A DNA stretch of 64,000 nt from the human T2T-CHM13v2.0 reference genome, Homo sapiens. Under the pieces are notes generated by a model. That model did not search any database. It was not told the DNA's origin and worked only from the letters and a program-made list of their open reading frames with translations. This document shows, piece after piece, positions 41,681 through 55,570 of the stretch; the first letter of the stretch is position 1; each line of letters opens with the position of its first letter. A program made the position numbers and the translations under genes. The stretch lies in NCBI RefSeq assembly GCF_009914755.1, contig NC_060933.1; one strand, given 5' to 3'.

Positions 41681-44600
41681 TGGAATGGAATCAACGCGAG
41701 TGCAGGGGAATGGAATGTAATGGAATGCAATGGAATGGAATCTTCCGGAATGGAATGGTAAGGAATGGAATCAACCCGAGTGCAATGGAATGGAGAGGAA
41801 TGGAATGGAAACTACCCAAATGGAATGGAATGTAGTGGAGTGTAAGGGAATTGAATAGAATCAATCCGAATGTAATGGAATGGAATGGAACGGAATTGAA
41901 TGGAATGGAATGGAATGGAATGGAATGGAACGGAATGGAACGGAATGGAATGGAATGGAATGGAATGGAATGGAATGGTATGGAATGGAATGGAATGGAA
42001 TCAACCCGAGTGCAATGGAATGGAGTGGAATGGAATGGAATGGAATGGAACAACCCGAATGGAGTGGAATGGAATGGAGAGTAAGAGAGTTGAATAGAAT
42101 CAGTCCGAATGTAATGGAATGGAATGCAACGGAATGGAATGGAATGGAATGGAATGGAATGGAATGAAATGGAATGGAATCAACCCGAGTACAATGGAAT
42201 GGAATGGAATGGAATGGAATGGAATGGAATGGAATGGAATGGAATGGAATTGAATGGAATGGAATGCCTTCAAAACGAATGGAATGGAAAGGAATGGAAT
42301 CAACAAGAGTGGAATGGAATGGAATGGAATGGAAAGGAATGGAATGGAATGGAATGGTACGGAATAGAATGGAATGGAAGGAAATGGAATGGAATGGAAT
42401 GGAATGGAATGGAAAGGATTGGAATGGAATCGTTCCGAGTGGAATAGGAGGGAATGTATTCGAGTGGAATGGAAAGGAATGGAATCAACCAGAGTGGAAT
42501 GGAAGGGAATGGAATGGAATGGAAACTAATAGAATGGAATCAACCCGAGTGGAATGGAATGGAAAGGACTGGAATGGAATGGAATGGAATGATCAACTCG
42601 ATTGTAATAGAATGGAATGGAATGGAATGGAATGGAATGAAACGGCATGGAATGGAATTAACTCGAATACAATGGAATGGAATGGAATGGAAGGGAATGG
42701 AGTGGAATGGAATGGAATCAACCCGAGTGCAGGGAAATGGAATGGAATGGAATGCAATGGAATGGAATCATCCGGAATGGAATGGAATGGAATGGAATGC
42801 AAAGCAATGGAATCAACTCGATTGCAATGGAATGGAATGGAATGGAAAGGAATAGAATGGAATCAACCCGAGTGGAATGGAATGGAAAGGACTGGAATGG
42901 AGTGGATTGGAATGGAATGGAATGGAATGGAATCAACTCGATTGGAATGGAATGGAATGGAATGGAATGGAATGGAATGGAATCAACTCGATTGCAATAG
43001 AATGGAATGGAATGGAATTAACCCGAATAGAATGGAATGGAATGGAATGGAACGGAACGGAATGGAATGGAATGGAATGGAATGGAATGGAATGAAATGG
43101 AACGGAACGGAACGGAACGGAATGGAATGGAATGGAATGGAATGGAATGGAATGGAATCAACGCGAGTGCAGGGGAATGGAATGGAATGGAATGCAATGG
43201 AATGGAATCTTCCGGAATGGAATGGAATGGAATGGAATGGAATGGAATGAAATGCAATGGATTCAACTCGATTGCAATGGAATGGAATGGAATGGAATGG
43301 AATGAAATGCAATGGATTCAACTCGATTGCAATGGAATGGAATAGATTGGAATGGAATGGAATGGAATGGAATGGAATGGAATGGAATGGAATGGAATTA
43401 ACCCGAATAGAATGGAATGGAATGGAATGGAACGGAATGGAACGAAATGGAATGGAATGGAATGGAATGGAATGGAATGGTATGGAATGGAACGGAATGG
43501 TACGTAATAGAATGGAATGGAACGAATTGTAATGGCATGGAATTGAATGGAATGGAATGGAATGGAATGGAATGGAATCAACGCGAGTGCAGGGGAATGT
43601 AATGGAACGGAATGCAATGGAATGGAATCATCCGGAATGGAATGGAAAGGAATGGAATCAACCCGAGTGCAATGGAATGGAGTGGAATGGAATGGAATGG
43701 AATGGAACAACCCGAATGGAATGGAATGTAATGGAGAGTAAGGGAGTTGAATAGAATCAATCCGAATGTAATGGAATGGAATGCAACGGATTGGAATGGA
43801 ATGGAATGGGATGGAATGCAATGGAATGGAATCAACCCGAGTACAATGGAATGGAATGGAATGGAATGGAATGGAATGGAATGGAATGGAATGGAATGGA
43901 ATGCCTTCAAACCGAATGGAATGGAAAGGAATGGAATCAACACGAGTGGAATGAAATGGAATGGAATGGAATGGAATGGAATGGAATGATACGGAATAGA
44001 ATGTAATGGAACGAAATGGAATGGAATGGAATGGAATGGAATGGAATGGAATGGAATGGAATCGTTCCGAGTGGAATAGGAGGGAATGTATTCGAGTGGA
44101 ATGGAAAGGAATGGAATCACCCAGAGTGGAATGGAAGAGAATGGAATGGAATGGAAACTAATAGAATGGAATCAACCCGAGTGGAATGGAATGGAAAGGA
44201 CTGGAATGGAATGGAATGGAATGGAATCAACCCGAGTGCAATGGAATGGATTCGAATGGAATGGAATGGAATGGAATGGATTCAACAAGAATGGAATGGA
44301 AAGGAATGGATTCAACCCGAGTGTAATGGCATGGAATGGAACGGAATGGAATGGGATGGAATAGAATGGTACGGAATAGAATGGAATGGAATGAAATGGA
44401 ATGGAATGGAATGGAATGGAATGGAATGGAATGGAATCAACTCGATTGCAATCGAATGGAATGGAATGGAATTAACCCGAATAGAATGGAATGGAATGGA
44501 ATGGAACGGAATGGAATGGAATGGAATGGAATGGAATGGAATGGAATGGAATTGAACGGAACGGAATGGAATGGAATGGAATGGAATGGAATCGAATCAA

Positions 44601-47409
44601 CGCGAGTGCAGGGGAATGGAATGGAATGGAATGCAATGGAATGGAATCTTCCGGAATGGAATGGAATGGAATGGAATGGAATGAAATGCAATGGATTCAA
44701 CTCGATTGCAATGGAATGGAATAGAATGGAATGGAATGGAATGGAATGGAATTAATCCGAATAGAATGGAATGGAATGGAAAGGAACAGAACGGAACGGA
44801 ATGGAATGGTATGTAATGGAATGGAATGGTACGGAATAGAATGGAATGGAACGAATTGCAATGGAATGGAATTGAATGGAATGGAATGGAATGGAATGGA
44901 ATGGAATCAACGCGAGTGCAGGGGAATGTAATGGAACGGAATGCAATGGAATGGAATCACCCGGAATGGAATGGAATGGAATGGAATCAACCCGAGTTCA
45001 ATGGAATGGAGTGGAATGGAATGGAATGGAATGGAACAACCCGAATGGAATGGAATGTAATGGAGAGTAAGGGAGTTGAATAGAATCAATCCGAATGTAA
45101 TGGAATGGAATGCAACGGAATGGAATGGAATGGAATGGAATGGAATGCAATGGAATGGAATCAACTCGAGTACAATGGAATGGAATGGAATGGAATTGAA
45201 TGCAATGGAATGGAATCAACTCGAGTACAATGCAATGGAATGGAATGGAATGGAATGGAATGGAATGGAATGGAATGGAATTGAATGGAATGGAATGCCT
45301 TCAAACCGAATGGAATGGAAAGGAATGGAATCACCACGAGTGGAATGGAATGGAATGGAAAGGAATGGAATGGAATAGAATGGTACGGAATACAATGGAA
45401 TGGAACGAACTGGAATGGAATGGAATGGAATGGAATGGAATGGAATGGAATGGAATGGAATCGTTCTGAGTGGAATAGGAGGGAATGTATTCGAGTGGAA
45501 TGGAAAGGAATGGAATCAACCAGATTGGAATGGAAGGGAATGGAATGGAATGGAAACTAATAGAATGGAATCAACCCGAGTGGAATGGAATGGAAAGGAC
45601 TGGAATGGAATTGAATGGAATGGAATTGAATGGAATCAACTACATTGTAATGGAATGGAATGGAATGGAATGGAATGGAATGGAATTAACCCGAATACAA
45701 TGGAATGGACTAGAATGGAACGGAATGGAGTGGAATGGAATGGAATCAACCCGAGTGCAGGGGAATGGAATGGAATGGAATGCAATGGAATGGAATCATC
45801 CGGAATGGAATGGAATGGAATGGAATGCAAAGCAATGGAATCAACTCGATTGCAATGGAATGGAATGGAATGGAAAGGAATAGAACGGAATCAACCCGAG
45901 TGTAATGGAATGGAAAGGACTGGAATGGAGTGGAATGGAATGGAATGGAATGGAATGGAATCAACTCGATTGGAATGGAATGGAATGGAATGGAAAGGAA
46001 TGGAATGGAATTAACCCGAATAGAATGGAATGGAATGGAATGGAACGGAATGGAATGGAATGGAATGGAATGGAATCAACCCGACTGCAGGGGAATGGAA
46101 TGGAATGGAATGCAATAGAATGGAATCATCCGGAACGGAATGGAATGGAATGGAATGGAATCAACTCGATTGCAATCGAATGGAATGGAATGGAATTAAC
46201 CCGAATAGAATGGAATGGAATGGAATGGAACGGAACGGAATGGAATGGAATGGAATGGAATGAAATGGAACGGAACGGAACGGAATGGAATGGAATGGAA
46301 TGGAATGGAATGGAATGGAATGGAGTGGAATGGAATGGAATCGTTCCGAGTGGAATAGGAGGGAATGTATTCGAGTGGAATGGAAAGGAATGGAATCAAC
46401 CAGAGTGGAATGGAAGGGAATGGAATGGAATGGAAACTAATAGAATGGAATCAACCCGAGAGGAATGGAATGGAAAGGACTGGAATGGAATGGAAGGGAA
46501 TGGAATTAACTCGATTGTAATGGAATGGAATGGAATGGAATGGAATTAACGCGAATAAAATGCAATGGAATGGAATGGAACGGAATGGAGTGGAATGGAA
46601 TGGAATCAACCCGAGTGCAGGGGAATGGAATGGAATGGAATGCAATGGAATGGAATCATCCGGAATGGAATGGAATAGAACGGAATGCAAAGCAATGGAT
46701 TCAACTCGATTGCAATGGAATGGAATGGAATGGGAAGGAATACATTGGAATCAACCCGAGTGGAATGCAATGGAAAGGACTGGAATGGAGTGGAATGGAA
46801 TGGAATGGAATGGAATGGAATCAACTCGATTGGAATGGAATGGAATGGAAAGGAATGGAATGGAATGGAATTAACCCGAATAGAATGGAATGGAATGGAA
46901 TGGAACGGAACGGAATGGAATGGAATGGAATGGAAACAACCAGACTGCAGGGGAATGGAATGGAATGGAATGCAATGGAATGGATTCAACTTGAATGGAA
47001 TGGAAAGAATGGAATCAACACGAGTGGAATGGCATGGATAGGAATGGAATGGAAAGGAATCAACCCGAGTACAGGGGAATGGAATGGAATGGAATGCAAT
47101 GGAATGGAATCATCCGTAATGGAATGGAAAGGAATGGAATGGAATGGAATGGAATGGAATGGAATGGAATCAACTCGATTGCAATCGAATGGAATGGAAT
47201 GGAATTAAACCGAATAGAATGGAATGGAATGGAATGGAACGGAACGGAACGGAATGGAATGGATTTGAATGGAATGGAATGGAATGTAATGGAACGGAAA
47301 GGAATGGAATGGAATGGAATGGAATGGAATGGAATGGAATGGAATAGAATGGAATGGAATGGAATGGAATCAACGCGAGTGCAGGGGAATGGAATGGAAT
47401 GGAATGCAA

Positions 47410-50400
47410 TGGAATGGAATGCAATGGAATGGAATGGAATGGAATGGAATGGAATGGAATGGAATGGAATGGAATCAACCCGAGTGCAATGGAATGGAGT
47501 GGAATGTAATGGAATGGAATGGAACAACCCGAATGGAATGGAATGTAATGGAGAGTAAGGGAGTTGAATAGAATGAATCCGAATGTAATGGAATGGAATG
47601 GAACGGAATGGAATTGAATGGAATGGAATGGAATGCAATGGAATGGAATCAACCCGAGTGCAATGGAATGGAGAGGAATGGAATGGAATGGAATGGAAAC
47701 TACCCGAATGGAATGGAATGTAATGGAGTGTAAGGGAATTGAATACAATCAATCCGAAAGTAATGGAATGGAACGGAATGGAATGGAATGGAATGGAATG
47801 GAATGGAATGGAATGGAATGCAATGGAATGGAATCAACCCGAGTGCAATCGAATGGAATCGAATGGAATGGAATGCAATGGAATGGATTCAACTTGAATG
47901 GAATGGAAAGAATGGAATCAACACGAGTGGAATGGCATGGATTGGAATGGAATGGAATGGAATCAACCCGAGTACAGGGGAATGGAATGGAATGGAATGC
48001 AATGGAATGGAATCATCCGTAATGGAATGGAAAGGAATGGAATGGAATGGAATGGAATGGAATGGAATGGAATGGAATCAACTCGATTGCAATCGAATGG
48101 AATGGAATGGAATTAACCCGAATAGAATGGAATGGAATGGAATGGAACGGAACGGAATGGAATGGAATGGAATGGAATGGAATGGAACGGAACGGAATGG
48201 AATGGAATGGAATGGAATGGAATGGAATCAACGCGAGTGCAGGGGAATGGAATGGAATGGAATGCAATGGAATGGAATCTTCCGGAATGGAATGGAATGG
48301 AATGGAATGGAATGAAATGCAATGGATTCAACTCGATTGCAATGGAATGGAATAGAATGGAATGGAATGGAATGGAATGGAATTAATCCGAATAGAATGG
48401 AATGGAATGGAATGGAACGGAATGGAACGGAATGGACTGGAATGGAATGGAATGGAATGGTATGGAATGGAATGGAATGGTACGGAATAGAATGGAATGG
48501 AACGAATTGTAATGGAATGGAATTGAATGGAATGGAATGGAATGGAATGGAATCAACGCGAGTGCAGGGGAATGTAATGGAACGGAATGCAATGGAATGG
48601 AATCATCCGGAATGGAATGGAATGGAATGGAATGGAATGGAATCAACCCGAGTGCAATGGAATGGAGTGGAATGGAATGGAATGGAACAACCCGAATGGA
48701 ATGGAATGAAATGGAGAGTAAGGGAGTTGAATAGAATCAATCCGAATGTAATGGAATGGAATGCAACGGAATGGAATGGAATGGAATGGAATGGAATGCA
48801 ATGGAATTGAATCAACCCGAGTACAATGGAATGGAATGGAATGGAATGGAATGGAATGGAATGGAATGGAATGGAATGGAATCGTTCCGAGTGGAATAGG
48901 AGGGAATGTATTCGAGTGGAATGGAAAGGAAAGGTATCAACCAGAGTGGAATGGAAGGGAATGGAATGGAATGGAAACTAATAGAATGGAATCAACCCAA
49001 GTGGAATGGAATGGAAAGGACTGGAATGGAATGGAATGGAATGGAATCAACTCGATTGTAATGGAATGGAATGGAATGGAATGCAATGGAATGGAATTAA
49101 CCCGAATACAATGGAATGGAATGGAATGGAACGGAATGGAGTGGAATGGAATGGAATCAACCCGAGTGCAGGAGAATGGAATGGAATGGAATGCAATGGA
49201 ATGGAATCATCCGGAATGGAATGGAAAGGAATGGAATGCAAAGCAATGGAATCAACTCGATTGCAATGGAATTAAATGGAATGGAAAGGAATACATTGGA
49301 ATCAACCCGAGTGGAATGCAATGGAAAGGACTGGAATGGAGTGGAATGGAATGGAATGGAATGGAATGGAATCAACTCGATTGGAATGGAATGGAATGGA
49401 ATGGAATGGAATTAACCCGAATAGAATGGAATGGAATGGAATGGAACGGAACGGAATGGAATGGAATGGAATGGAATGGAATGGATTAAACCCGAGTGCA
49501 ATGGAATGGAGTGGAATGGAATGGAATGGAATGGAACAACCCGAATGGAATGGAATGTAATGGAGAGTAAGGGAGTTGAATAGAATCAATCCGAATGTAA
49601 TGGAATGGAATGGAACGGAATGGAATTGAATGGAATGGAATGGAATGGAATCAACCCGAGTGCAATGGAATGGAGAGGAATGGAATGGAATGGAATGGAA
49701 ACTACCCGAATGGAATGGAATGTAATGGAGTGTAACGGAATTGAATAGAATCAATCCGAATGTAATGGAATGGAATGGAACGGAATGGAATGGAATGGAA
49801 TGGAATGGAATGGAATCGAATGGAATGGAATGCAATGGAATGGAATCAACCCGAGTGCAATCGAATGGAATCGAATGGAATGGAATGCAATGGAATGGAT
49901 TCAACTTGAATTTAATGGAAAGAATGGAATCAACACGAGTGGAATGCCATGGATTGGAATGGAATGGAATGGAATCAACCCGAGTACAGGGGAATGGAAT
50001 GGAATGGAATGCAATGGAATGGAATCATCCGTAATGGAATGGAAAGGAATGGAATGGAATGGAATGGAATGGAATGGAATGGAATGGAATGGAATCAACT
50101 CGATTGCAATCGAATGGAATGGAATGGAATTAACCCGAATAGAATGAAATGGAATGGAATGGAACGGAACGGAATGGAATGGAATGGAATGGAACGGTAC
50201 GGAATGGAATGAGATGGAATGGAATGGAATGGAATCAACGTGAGTGCAGGGGAATGGAATGGAATTAAATGCAATGGAATGGATTCAACTTGAATGGAAT
50301 GGAAAGAATGGAATCAACACGAGTGGAATGGCATGGATTGGAATGGAATGGAATGGAATCAACCCGAGTACATGGGAATGGAATGGAATGGAATGCAATG

Positions 50401-53400
50401 GAATGGAATCATCCGTAATGGAATGGAAAGGAATGGAATGGAATGGAATGGAATGGAATAGAATGGAATGGAATCAACTCGATTGCAATCGAATGGAATG
50501 GAATGGAATTAACCCGAATAGAATGGAATGGAATGGAATGGAACGGAACGGAACGGAATGGAATGGATTGGAATGGAATGGAATGGAATGGAATGGAATG
50601 GAACGGAAAGGAATGGAATGGAATGGAATGGAATGGAATGGAATCAACGCGAGTTCAGGGGAATGGAATGGAATGGAATGCAATGGAATGGAATCTTCCG
50701 GAATGGAATGGAATGGAATGGAATGGAATGGAATGGAATGGAATAAACCCGAGTGCAATGGAATGGAGTGGAATGGAATGGAATGGAATGGAACAACCCG
50801 AATGGAATGGAATGTAATGGAGAGTAAGGGAGTTGAATAGAATCAATCCGAATGTAATGGAAAGGAATGGAACGGAATGGAATTGAATGGAATGGAATGG
50901 AATGGAATCAACCCGAGTGCAATGGAATGGAGAGGAATGGAATGGAATGGAATGGAAACTACCCGAATGGAATGGAATGTAATGGAGTGTAAGGGAATTG
51001 AATAGAATCAATCCGAATGTAATGGAATGGAATGGAACGGAATGGAATGGGATGGAATGGAATGGAATGGAATGGAATGCAACGGAATGGAATCAACCCG
51101 AGTGCAATCGAATGGAATCCAATGGAATGGAATGCAATGGAATGGATTCAACTTGAATGGAATGGAAAGAATGGAATCAACACGAGTGGAAGGACAAGAA
51201 TTGGAATGGAATGGAATGGAATCAACCCGAGTACAGGGGAATGGAATGGAATGGAATGCAATGGAATGGAATCATCCGAAATGGAATGGAAAGGAATGGA
51301 ATGGAATGGAATGGAATGGAATCAACTCGATTGCAATCGAATGGAATGGAATGGAATTAACCCGAATAGAATGGAATGGAATGGAATGGAACGGAACGGA
51401 ATGGAATGGAATGGAATAGAATGGAATGGAACGGAACGGAACGGAATGGATGGAATGGAATGGAATGGAATGGAATGGAATCAACGCGAGTGCAGGGGAA
51501 TGGAATGGAATGGAATGCAATGGAATGGAATCTTCCGGAATGGAATGGAATGGAATGGAATGAAATGCAATGGATTCAACTCGATTGCAATGCAATGGAA
51601 TAGAATGGAATGGAATGGAATGGAATGGAATGGAATTAACCCGAATAGAATGGAATGGAATGGAATGGAACGGAATGGAACGGAATGGAATGGAATGGAA
51701 TGGAATGGTATGGTATGGAATGGAATGGAATGGTACGGAATAGAATGGAATGGAACGAATTGTAATGGAATGGAATTGAATGGAATGGAATGGAATGGAA
51801 TGGAATCAACGCGAGTGCAGGGGAATGTAATGGAACGGAATGCAATCGAATGGAATCATCCGGAATGGAATGGAATGGAATGGAATGGAATGGAATTAAT
51901 CTGAATAGAATGGAATGGAATGGAATGGAACAGAATGGAACGGAATGGAATGGAATGGAATGGAATGGAATGGTATGGAATGGAACGGAATGCTACGGAA
52001 TAGAATGTTATGGAACGAATTGTAATGGAATGGAATTGAATGGAATGGAATGGAATGGAATGGAATGGAATCAACCCGACTGCAGGGGAATGGAATGGAA
52101 TGGAATGCAATGGAATGGATTCAACTTGAATGGAATGGAAAGAATGGAATCAACACGAGTGGAATGGCATGGATTGGAATGGAATGGAATGGAATCAACC
52201 TGAGTACAGGGGAATGGAATGGAATGGAATGCAATGGAATGGAATCATCCGTAATGAAATGGAAAGGAATGGAATGGAATGGAATGGAATGGAATGGAAT
52301 GGAATGGAATCAACTCGATTGCAATCGAATGGAATGGAATGGAATTAACCCGAATAGAATGGAATGGAATGGAATGGAACGGAACGGAACGGAATGGAAT
52401 GGAATGGAATGGAATGGAACGGAAAGGAATGGAATGAAATGGAATGGAATGGAATGGAATGGAATCAAAGCGAGTGCAGGGGAATGGAATGGAATGGAAT
52501 GCAATGGAATGGAATCTTCCGGAATGGAACGGAATGGAATGGAATGGAATGGAATGGAATGGAATGGAATAAACCCGAGTGCAATGGAATGGAGTGGAAT
52601 GGAATGGAATGGAATGGAACAACCCGAATGGAATGGAATGTAATGGAGAGTAAGGGAGTTGAATAGAATCAATCCGAATGTAATGGAATGGAATGGAACG
52701 GAATGGAATTGAATGGAATGGAATGGAATGCAATGGAATGGAATCAACCCGAGTTCAATGGAATGGAGAGGAATGGAATGGAATTTAATGGAAACTACCC
52801 GAATGGAATGGAATGTAATGGAGTGTAAGGGAATTGAATAGAATCAATCCGAATGTAATGGAATGGAATGAAACGGAATGGAATGGAATGGAATGGAATG
52901 GATTGGAATGGAATTGAACGGAATGGAATGGAATGGAATGGAATGGATTGGAATGGAATGGAATGCAATGGAATGGAATCAACCCGAGTGCAATCGAATG
53001 GAATCGAATGGAAAAGAATGCAATGGAATGGATTCAACTTGAATGGAATGGAAAGAATGGAATCAACACGAGTGGAATGGCATGGATTGGAATGGAATGG
53101 AATGGAATCAACCCGAGTACAGGGGAATGGAATGGAATGGAATGCAATGGAATGGAATCATCCGTAATGGAATGGAAAGGAATGGAATTGAATGGAATGG
53201 AATGGAATGGAATGGAATGGAATCAACTCGATTGCAATCGAATGGAATGGAATGGAATTAACCCGAATAGAATGGAATGGAATGGAATGGAATGGAACGG
53301 AACGGAATGGAATGGAATGGAATGGAATGCAATGGAATGGAACGGAAAGGAAGGGAATGGAATGGAATAGAATGGAATGGAATGGAATCAACGCGAGTGC

Positions 53401-55570
53401 AGGGGAATGGAATGGAATGGAATGCAATGGAATGGAATCTTCCGGAATGGAATGGAATGGAATGGAATGGAATCAACCCGAGTGCAATGGAATGGAGTGG
53501 AATGGAATGGAATGGAATGGAACAACCCGAATGGAATGGAATGTAATGGAGAGTAAGGGAGTTGAATAGAATCAATCCGAATGTAATGGAATGGAATGGA
53601 ACGGAATGGAATTGAATGGAATGGAATGGAATGCAATGGAATGGAATCAACCCGAGTGCAATGGAATGGAGAGGAATGGAATGGAATTGAATGGAAACTA
53701 CCCGAATGGAATGGAATGTAATGGAGTGTAAGGGAATTGAATAGAATCAATTCGAATGTAATGGAATGGAATGGAATGGAATGGAATGGAATGGAATGGA
53801 ATAGAATGGAATGGAATGCAATGGAATGGAATCAACCCGAGTGCAATCGAATGGAATCGAATGGAATGGAATGCAATGGAATGGATTCAACTTGAATGGA
53901 ATGGAAAGAATGGAATCAACACGAGTGGAATGGCATGGATTGGAATGGAATGGAATGGAATCAACCCGAGTACAGGGGAATGGAATGGAATGGAATGCAA
54001 TGGAATGGAATCATCCGTAATGGAATGGAAAGGAATGGAATGGAATGGAATGGAATGGAATGGAATCAACTCGATTGCAATCGAATGGAATGGAATGGAA
54101 TTAACCCGAATAGAATGGAATGGAATGGAATGGAACGGAACGGAATGGAATGGAATGGAATAGAATGGAATGGAACGGAACGGAACGGAATGGAATGGAA
54201 TGGAATGGAATGGAATCAACGCGAGTGCAGGGGAATGGAATGGAATGGAATGCAATGGAATGGAATCTTCCGGAACGGAATGGAATGGAATGGAATGGAA
54301 TGGAATCAACTCGATTGCAATCGAATGGAATGGAATGGAATTAACCCGAATAGAATGGAATGGAATGGAATGGAACGGAACGTAACGGAATGGAATGGAA
54401 TGGAATGGAATGGAATGGAATGGAATGGAACGGAACGGAATGGAATGGAATGGAATGGAATGGAATGGAATCAACTCGAGTGCAGGGGAATGGATTGGAA
54501 TGGAATGCAATGGAATGGAATCTTCCGGAATGGAATGGAATGGAATGGAATGGAATGAAATGCAATGGGTTCAACTCGATTGCAATGGAATGGAATAGAA
54601 TGGAGTGGAATGGAATGGAATGGAATTAATTCGAATAGAATGGAATGGAATGTAATGGAACGGAATATAACGGAATGGAATGGAATGGAATGGAATGGTA
54701 TGGAATGGAATGGAATGGTACGGAATAGAATGGAATGGAACGAATTGTAATGGAATGGAATTGAATGGAATGGAATGGAATGGAATGGAATCAACGCGAG
54801 TGCAGGGGAATGTAATGGAACGGAATGCAATGGAATGGAATCATCCGCAATGGAATGGAATGGAATGGAATGGAATGGAATCAACCCGAGTGCAATGGAA
54901 TGGAGTGGAATGGACTGGAATGGAATGGAACAACCCGAATGGAATGGAATGTAATGGAGAGTAAGGGAGTTGAATAGAATCAATCCGAATGTAACGGAAT
55001 GGAATGCAACGGAATGGAATGGAATGGAATGGAATGGAATGCAATGGAATTGAATCAACCCGAGTACAATGGAATGGAATGGAATGGAATGGAATGGAAG
55101 GGAATGGAATGGAATGGAATGATACGGAATAGAATGGAATGGAACGAAATGGAATGGAATGGAATGGAATGGAATGGAATGGAATGGAATGGAATGGAAT
55201 CGTTCCGAGTGGAATAGGAGGGAATGTATTCGAGTGGAATGGAAAGGAATGGAATCAACCAGAGTGGAATGGAAGGGAATGGAATGGAATGGAAACTAAT
55301 AGAATGGAATCAACCCGAGAGGAATGGAATGGAAAAGACTGGAATGGAATGGAATGGAAAGGAATCAACTCGATTGTAATGGAATGGAATGGAATGGAAT
55401 GGAATTAACCCGAATAGAATGGAATGGAATGGAATGGAATGGAATGGAATGGAACGAAAAGGAAGGGAATGGAATGGAATAGAATGGAATGGAATGGAAT
55501 CAACGCGAGTGCAAGGGAATGGAATGGAATGGAATGCAATGGAATGGAATCTTCCGGAATGGAATGGAAT
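47410..55570 (+). repeat. ~8.1 kb higher-order unit, copy 1
   Basis: Colinear with 55570-63650 through private variants: TTGAATTTAATGG (49907/58001), TCAACGTGAG (50235/58330), AGGACAAGAATTGG (51191/59281), TGCTACGGAATAGAATGTTA (51991/60081), CGGAATATAACGG (54661/~62747), TCATCCGCAA (54841/62926). Identical or near-identical ORFs recur at offsets of 8085-8115. Confidence 0.95.
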
